Shown: positions 27,948 through 34,707 of the stretch, in pieces | Numbering within the stretch: position 1 is the stretch's first letter | How the letters are laid out: each line of letters opens with the position of its first letter | NCBI GenBank assembly: GCA_947176055.1 | Contig: CAMWPE010000001.1 | Coordinates: 1 to 34,707 of the forward strand | From: an uncultured Desulfovibrio sp. | GTDB lineage: Bacteria; Desulfobacterota; Desulfovibrionia; Desulfovibrionales; Desulfovibrionaceae | Length of the DNA: 34,707 nucleotides | Reading direction: 5' to 3' | Program-made: the position numbers and the translations under genes | Notes under the pieces: generated by a model | Seen by the model: only the letters and a program-made list of their open reading frames with translations | Told to the model about the DNA's origin: nothing | Databases searched by the model: none

Positions 27948-28057
27948 GAGATTTGGCCGCTGACCTTCGTTTAAAGCCTGAAAAAATTTTAGGATTCAAC
28001 CGCGTTTTGGCTATTGTCAAGGGGATTCGACCAACGCCGACAGAGCCTAATTAACTC

Positions 28058-28086
28058 TTGCTTTTGACGCTCCATTCCTTCATAAT
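28058..28086 (+). promoter_or_regulatory. Putative sigma70 promoter for coaX(-eno)
   Basis: TTGCTT, 17-nt spacer, CATAAT. Confidence 0.4.
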
Positions 28087-28119
28087 TACCGCTTGAACAG
28101 CGGGAGGTCAGCGCCTGCG

Positions 28120-28902
28120 ATGAACGCGGAAATTCTCCTTTGCGATATAGGCAACACCGCTGTGAAAGCGGGTTTCGCGGACAGACGCGCCATCCTGTCG
28201 TCTTTTGTTTTTCCAGCGAAAAACGCGGAGACAGCCGACAGCTTCGGCTTGAAATTGCTGGAAGCCGCGCGTTTTGCCGGCTATAATCCGGACAATATAA
28301 AGGCTTGCGTTGTTTCCTCCGTGGCTCCGGCGCTCAATGGCGTCGCAGCGGGCGCGGCCAGCCGTTATTTCCGTTGTCCCTGTCTTTTCGCTCCGGAGGA
28401 TCTTCCGGCGCCGCTGGAAATAGATTACGCCCGTCCGGCCGAAGTCGGCGCGGATCGGCTTATGGCCGCGTTCGCCGCCAGGCGTATATTTCCGGACAGG
28501 GAATCGTTGATTGTCGTCGATTACGGCACGGCCGCGACTTTTGATTGCGTAAGCGGCATGGCTTACAAGGGGGGCCTGATTTTTCCCGGACCGCAAACGG
28601 CGGTAATGGCTTTGGCGCGAAATACCGCGAAACTGCCGGCGGTCGATTTGAGCGCGCCGCTTGACGGACTGGAAATTGGCAGCGACACGGCGACCAGCGT
28701 CCGTTGCGGCGTTTTGTTCGGCTACGCCTCCCTCACGGAAGGTCTTGTCGCCTTGTTGGCCGGACAGCTTCCTTCGATGCCGCTGACTATCCTTACCGGC
28801 GGCATGGCGAGGATATTGAGCGGACTTTCGCGGATGGAGCATATAGTCGTTCCGGATTTGCCGCTGGAAGGATTGCGCTCGCTCTATTGCGAGTATTATT
28901 AA
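28120..28902 (+). CDS. coaX: Type III pantothenate kinase
   Basis: DIGNT, SSV.P, VGADR, VDYGTAATFD, GGLI.PG and LTGG. Confidence 0.94.
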   Translation: MNAEILLCDIGNTAVKAGFADRRAILSSFVFPAKNAETADSFGLKLLEAARFAGYNPDNIKACVVSSVAPALNGVAAGAASRYFRCPCLFAPEDLPAPLEIDYARPAEVGADRLMAAFAARRIFPDRESLIVVDYGTAATFDCVSGMAYKGGLIFPGPQTAVMALARNTAKLPAVDLSAPLDGLEIGSDTATSVRCGVLFGYASLTEGLVALLAGQLPSMPLTILTGGMARILSGLSRMEHIVVPDLPLEGLRSLYCEYY

Positions 28903-28997
28903 GTATCCGCGAGGGCGCGTGGCCCGCGAAAATAAAGGGAGCGAATCCAGGCTCCGCTTAAAGCGAAACGCGAGACGCGGCAAGGCGACGGTTCTAG

Positions 28998-30344
<1,347 letters not shown>

Positions 30345-30400
30345 CGGACAAAAGCGCGATTAAGCCTTGCCGCTCGCGCGAATTGACATAATTATTCATC

Positions 30401-30444
30401 TTTCCAGACGCCGGTTGAGTTATGACCAAATCGGCGTCTGGAAA
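30401..30444. other. Strong inverted repeat (hairpin) between eno and folD
   Basis: TTTCCAGACGCCG (30401-30413) and CGGCGTCTGGAAA (30432-30444), a perfect 13-bp stem. Confidence 0.7.
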
Positions 30445-30455
30445 ATGGTTTAAAA

Positions 30456-31313
30456 ATGCGGATTCTGGACGGAAAAAAAATAGCGGCCGAAATACGCGCC
30501 GAAGTGGCCGAAGAGATCAGACGCGAGCGCGAGCGCGGCGCGCGGGCTCCTGGTTTGGCCGTTATCCTGGCCGGTGATAATCCCGCTTCGCAAATTTATG
30601 TGCGCAACAAGCAAAAAGCTTGCGAGGAGACGGGAATCGTGTCTCATCCTTTCCTCCTGCCCGCGACCGCTCGGGAAGAAGAAATTATCGGCTTAATCCG
30701 GACATTGAATGAAAGGGACGATATTGACGGCATTCTCCTGCAGTTGCCACTGCCGGAGGGCGTCGATTCCCGCGCCTGCCTGCTCGCAATTGATCCCGAA
30801 AAAGATGTGGACGGATTTCATCCCGTGAATATGGGCAAACTCGCCCTTGGTCTCCCTTGTCTCGCGCCCTGCACTCCCGCGGGCGTCATGGAGCTTCTGG
30901 CCCGGTCGGATCTGTCTGTGAAGGGGAAAAAAGCGGTGATCGTCGGGCGCTCGGATATTGTCGGCAAACCTCTCGCAATGTTGCTCTCCCGGAAGGATGC
31001 GGATGCCACGGTAACGATTTGTCATTCCGGCACGCCGGATCTGGCCAAGGAATGCGCGAGCGCGGATTTTCTTTTCCTGGCCATGGGCAAGCCGGAAGCG
31101 ATAACCGGGGATATGATTAACGATGGTTGCGTGGTCATCGATGTGGGCATAAACAGGACTCCGGAGGGTCTGCGCGGCGACGCGCATTTTGCGAGCGCCA
31201 GCGAAAAGGCTTCCGCGATTACGCCTGTTCCGGGCGGCGTAGGGCCGATGACTATCGCGGCTTTGATGAAAAACGCCGCGCTGGCTTGGAAACGCCGTCT
31301 CGGATCGCGTTGA
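30456..31313 (+). CDS. folD: Bifunctional methylenetetrahydrofolate dehydrogenase/cyclohydrolase
   Basis: ASQIYVRNK, GILLQLPLP, KDVDGFHP, PCTPAG, GRSDIVGKP and TPVPGGVGPMT. Confidence 0.97.
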   Translation: MRILDGKKIAAEIRAEVAEEIRRERERGARAPGLAVILAGDNPASQIYVRNKQKACEETGIVSHPFLLPATAREEEIIGLIRTLNERDDIDGILLQLPLPEGVDSRACLLAIDPEKDVDGFHPVNMGKLALGLPCLAPCTPAGVMELLARSDLSVKGKKAVIVGRSDIVGKPLAMLLSRKDADATVTICHSGTPDLAKECASADFLFLAMGKPEAITGDMINDGCVVIDVGINRTPEGLRGDAHFASASEKASAITPVPGGVGPMTIAALMKNAALAWKRRLGSR

Positions 31314-31338
31314 GTCCCGATTAAACACGGATTTTGTC

Positions 31339-31680
31339 ATGGAAAAGATGTTGCATAAGCTGGCGCGCCAGCTCGATTCTCTGGACGAGGCCTCTCTTAT
31401 GGCGCTCTGGGGAAAATACGCGACAATAACGAGCAGATTCGAGCCGACCGCCCAGTGGGAAGAAGCCGCGCTTATCTTTTCGCTGATTCAGGCCAAACGC
31501 TGGAAGAATCAGCTTTTTAACCATATCTGGAGCAAACGGCGGCAACCTCCAGAGCGCGAGGAAGTTTTTTTTGAGGACGAAATAGACGACGATTCCCCGG
31601 CGCCCGAAGAATTGGCGGAAACGCTGACGGAAAGTCCCCCGCAAAAATGCCGTATACTGCCTTTTATCAGCGACAAATAG
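31339..31680 (+). CDS. Hypothetical protein (113 aa)
   Basis: Co-oriented 25 nt after folD. Helical N-terminus (LA.QL..LDEASL..LW.KY) and an acidic tail. Confidence 0.72.
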   Translation: MEKMLHKLARQLDSLDEASLMALWGKYATITSRFEPTAQWEEAALIFSLIQAKRWKNQLFNHIWSKRRQPPEREEVFFEDEIDDDSPAPEELAETLTESPPQKCRILPFISDK

Positions 31681-31879
31681 TCTTTTATACGCTCCGGCGA
31701 CGAGTCTCAAAACGGAGACGCCGCTTCCTCTCGCGCCAGACGGGGAATCGTTTCCGCGTCCAGCGGGGGACGGCGATTATCGCGACCGGTGGCGAAAAAA
31801 CTTTCTTAATTAGCCGGATTCGTCGCGAATATCGTCAGAGCCGATTAAATATTATTAAATCCGTAAAAACCCGACAGCG

Positions 31880-33046
31880 ATGAACACACAATTTTTGAAC
31901 AGTCCAACCCAGCCGGACACGTTTTTGCTGGTCGACGACGACGATTTCACGCGCGCCCGCCTGGAAATGCGCTTTGAAAGCATGGGTTTTTTCGACGCCA
32001 AGGACGCGCGGGTGCTTACCGCGTCGAATGGCAAAGAAGGCGTGGAGGAGCTAAACGAAAACCAGCGCGAAATTTGCGCCATTATCCTCGACATAAATAT
32101 GCCGGTCATGGGCGGCCTCGAAATGCTTGAGATCCTGGCCAAAAACGAGGTGACGGATAAAATTCCGGTGTTTATTCTCACGGAAGAGAAAGATTACGAT
32201 ACTATACGCAAAGCGTATGAACTCGGCGCGATGGATGTGATATCCAAACAGACGAAACAGACCGTCGAGGAAGAGGAAGCGTACTGGAAGCTTATTTATC
32301 GACGAATAAAATCGGTGCTGGAAGTGTTCGCCGCCAGGAACAATTTTGAACAGAGCGTGGCGCGACAAACCGAAAAATTATCCGAGCAAAACATCCAGCT
32401 GGAGAAGGCGTTCAAGGATCTTGAATTCATGTACAACGGCATGATCGAGGCCCTGGCCACGGCCACCGAATTTCGCAGCGGCGAGTCGGGCGAGCATGTC
32501 CGTCGGATCCATGACATAACGTTGCTCCTGCTTTCGGAAACTCCCCTTGGCAAGGATTATGACGCGGACACAATCTCCCAGATCGCCAAAGCGGCCATCC
32601 TGCACGACGTGGGCAAAATCGCCATAGAAGACAGCATTCTGAATTTCAAAGGCAGATTAAGTCCCGAACAGATGGATATAATGAAAATGCACACTGTGCA
32701 TGGGGAGAGAATGCTAAAGCAGATTCCGCAACTGGCGAATCTGCCATTTTACGGATACGCCAGGGAAATAGCGCGGCATCATCACGAGCGCTGGGATGGG
32801 AAAGGATATCCCGATCAACTAAAAGGCGACGAGATCCCCCTTTACGCGCAAATCGTTTCCGTGGCCGACGTTTACGACGCTCTTGTGAGCGAGCGTGTTT
32901 ACAAGCCGGCTTTTCCCCATGACAAGGCGATGGAAATGATTACAAACGGCGAATGCGGTTCTTTTAATCCGGTCTTGCTGGAAAATCTTAAGACAGTGTC
33001 CGGAAAAATCCAGAAATTATACGCTCATAAGGAGACGGAGGCATAG
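31880..33046 (+). CDS. Response regulator with HD-GYP domain (RpfG-like cyclic dinucleotide phosphodiesterase)
   Basis: REC domain: LLVDDD..ILDINMP..ILT..K. HD-GYP domain: ESGEHV.RI, LHDVGK, HHERWDGKGYP and VADVYDAL...R.YK. Confidence 0.92.
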   Translation: MNTQFLNSPTQPDTFLLVDDDDFTRARLEMRFESMGFFDAKDARVLTASNGKEGVEELNENQREICAIILDINMPVMGGLEMLEILAKNEVTDKIPVFILTEEKDYDTIRKAYELGAMDVISKQTKQTVEEEEAYWKLIYRRIKSVLEVFAARNNFEQSVARQTEKLSEQNIQLEKAFKDLEFMYNGMIEALATATEFRSGESGEHVRRIHDITLLLLSETPLGKDYDADTISQIAKAAILHDVGKIAIEDSILNFKGRLSPEQMDIMKMHTVHGERMLKQIPQLANLPFYGYAREIARHHHERWDGKGYPDQLKGDEIPLYAQIVSVADVYDALVSERVYKPAFPHDKAMEMITNGECGSFNPVLLENLKTVSGKIQKLYAHKETEA

Positions 33047-33047
33047 C

Positions 33048-33407
33048 ATGGACGACGCGCAAAAAAACGCCCTGAAGGACGGAGGAATTAATTACGAGGT
33101 CGCGCTTAACAACTTTATGAACAACGAAACAATGTTGAAGAAGTTTCTCGGGAAATATACTTCCGAAAAGAGTTTTCCCGCGCTTCAGAAAGCCATGGCG
33201 GAAAATGATCATGAGGCCGCCCTGATGGCGGCGCATACGCATAAAAGCGTGTCCGGCACTCTTGGATGCCAGAAGATGAATCAGTTGCTCGCCGAGCAGG
33301 AAGCGGCCATGCGCGCGGACGACTGGGCGAAGGCTTCCGCTCTCATGCCGGAAATAGAAAGCGAATACGAAAAGATCCGCGCCGCGATTAAAGCCGCGGG
33401 GGTATAA
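33048..33407 (+). CDS. Hpt (histidine phosphotransfer) domain protein
   Basis: GINYE.AL..F..N..ML.KFL and AAHTHKSVSG.LG (HxxKxxSG motif); 1 nt after the HD-GYP gene. Confidence 0.85.
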   Translation: MDDAQKNALKDGGINYEVALNNFMNNETMLKKFLGKYTSEKSFPALQKAMAENDHEAALMAAHTHKSVSGTLGCQKMNQLLAEQEAAMRADDWAKASALMPEIESEYEKIRAAIKAAGV

Positions 33408-33627
33408 ACAAAACTCTATTCATTTATCGCGAAAACGCGTCGAACAGAAGGGGGGAACGAGGGGGGAGTGACCGAAGATTCGTCTCGCATCGCTTCCATA
33501 TATGATATGGAGTTATCCGCGGCAAGTTTCGCTTGAAAACAGACCGCGACGGCTACGCGATTTCCTCCGTTGGATAATTATCCCGCTTACCAGGACGCGC
33601 GGGAATCTTCGCGAGCCAGGTTCGTCG

Positions 33628-33670
33628 CGGCGCCCCGGAGCCAGCAAATTCCGGGGCGCCGTAATATTTT
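33628..33670. terminator. Hairpin or likely terminator between convergent genes
   Basis: CGGCGCCCCGGA/TCCGGGGCGCCG 12-bp stem; TAATATTTT follows on the plus strand. Confidence 0.55.
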
Positions 33671-34184
33671 AATCTCCAAGATACGATTCAAGCTTGACGT
33701 TATCGGTAAGTTCGCCGAAGCGCGAAGCGATAGATCCGATTTTTCTTTTGCAGTAATCGCCGCTCCACATCGAATGAAATTTTGGCGAAAAGCGGGATTT
33801 TAAATTTACTTCAAAAGCTCCGTATTCGTCCGGAGATTCTTTAATACGTTTTAAGGATGACAGGATAAATTCAGAGCCATCCCGGGTCCTGATTATAACC
33901 TTATCGTCCTCGAGGCTTGCGGATCCCTCCAGTCTTATTGTATCGGCCAACGGATATCCGTCTTCCTTGCGATAACCGCAGGCTATCTGGAAATCCACTC
34001 CGGTTACGCAGCGCTTATCCGCCGTATCGACGCAATAACGCGCCAGAATTTCAAAACTGGAGTTATCCGCCAGTTTGGTTTGTTTCATGTAAAAGTATTT
34101 CTGCCCCTCATTCCAAACGTTGTCCGCCAGGGAAAAGGACGGGCTCAACAACAATAAAAACGCGATCGCGGCCAATTTTATCAT
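33669..34184 (-). CDS. Hypothetical exported protein (171 aa)
   Basis: Signal peptide MIKLAAIAFLLLLSPSFSLA, 4 Cys and a GGAG SD. Confidence 0.7.
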   Translation of the reverse strand: MIKLAAIAFLLLLSPSFSLADNVWNEGQKYFYMKQTKLADNSSFEILARYCVDTADKRCVTGVDFQIACGYRKEDGYPLADTIRLEGSASLEDDKVIIRTRDGSEFILSSLKRIKESPDEYGAFEVNLKSRFSPKFHSMWSGDYCKRKIGSIASRFGELTDNVKLESYLGD

Positions 34185-34397
34185 AATTTCGCTCTCCGCT
34201 GCATACGACGCTCGAAATTATTCCTTCGCGGCGGCCCTCTGTGAGGGATAATTCAGCGGGCGTTACCGCGTAGTAAAGACGCCATGACGCGATAATAATT
34301 CGCAGGCCCGCGCTATAATCTCCAAAAATATCCTATAGCCTCTTGACAACGCCAGGAATACGAGTTCCCGCGCGCGTAGTTTGGGTTTAAACGCGCC

Positions 34398-34707
34398 TTA
34401 TTGACCGGCGCGTCCGGTCGCTTTTTCAATCCTGGCCAGCGTTTCCTCCTTGCCCAAAAATTCCATTATTTCATTCAGATGCGAGCCGCCCATGAAGCCC
34501 ATCAGCGCCGTTCGCAAGGGAGGAGCGACCTCCTTGAATTTTAGTCCGTTGTCCGCGACGTAGGCGTTCAGGGCGTTTTCAATATTTTCCTTATTAAAAT
34601 CCTTGATTGCCGCGAAAATATCCTTGAGTTTCCGCAGATGTTCCCCCCCCTCACGTTTTAACCATTTTTCGGCGTCTTTCGGATTATACCCGAGTTCGCT
34701 GGCGTCT
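34398..34707 (-). CDS. gltX: Glutamyl-tRNA synthetase, C-terminal anticodon-binding domain (partial)
   Basis: Translated by hand: ...YNPKDAEKWL...ENALNAYVADNGLKFKEVAPPLRTALMGFMGGSHLNEIMEFLGKEETLARIEKA...*. This matches the GluRS C-terminal pattern (PLR.AL.G....P.L.E.M..LGKE..L.RI). Confidence 0.82.
   Translation of the reverse strand, partial: DASELGYNPKDAEKWLKREGGEHLRKLKDIFAAIKDFNKENIENALNAYVADNGLKFKEVAPPLRTALMGFMGGSHLNEIMEFLGKEETLARIEKATGRAGQ

Noticed and set aside
31681-31879. c-di-GMP riboswitch upstream of the HD-GYP gene
   Set aside because: No GEMM consensus (GGCAAA..GAAA..GACGCAAAG) is present.
34185-34397. tRNA-Gln/Glu often found after gltX
   Set aside because: No tRNA fold or GTTCRA..CC T-arm recognised on either strand.
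34643-34650. C8/G8 homopolymer in gltX as a frameshift or phase-variation site
   Set aside because: The frame stays intact through it (REGGEHL), and the gene is essential.

Overview
A mostly housekeeping chromosomal window from a moderately GC-rich bacterium. Gene content and order suggest Desulfovibrionaceae; this is an inference, not a database result. It holds about 38 CDSs: a partial Zn-dependent secondary alcohol dehydrogenase, a KefC-type antiporter, a GT-C-like membrane protein divergent from YkgJ/DnaJ/Wzx-like genes, thiSGHF, a hypothetical-rsmE-rarA-plsC-znuACB operon, GAF-mreB-suhB, a degenerate Nudix gene, rimI-tpiA-secG, rpmE-DUF1385-prfA, rsmF-like, coaX, eno, folD, REC-HD-GYP plus Hpt, and the 3' end of gltX. 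I saw no tRNA, rRNA, CRISPR array or transposase. The standout is directly downstream of prfA, where prmC usually sits. A 207-aa helical protein, DIP1984/DUF6847-like by eye, is followed at its stop codon by a ~167-nt element (22906-23072, minus strand). The element folds into a long closing stem with G-U pairs, three internal hairpins and an unpaired tract of 7-nt repeats (A/G)UUGGUC, and a separate intrinsic terminator follows it. This is a candidate protein plus structured ncRNA system.
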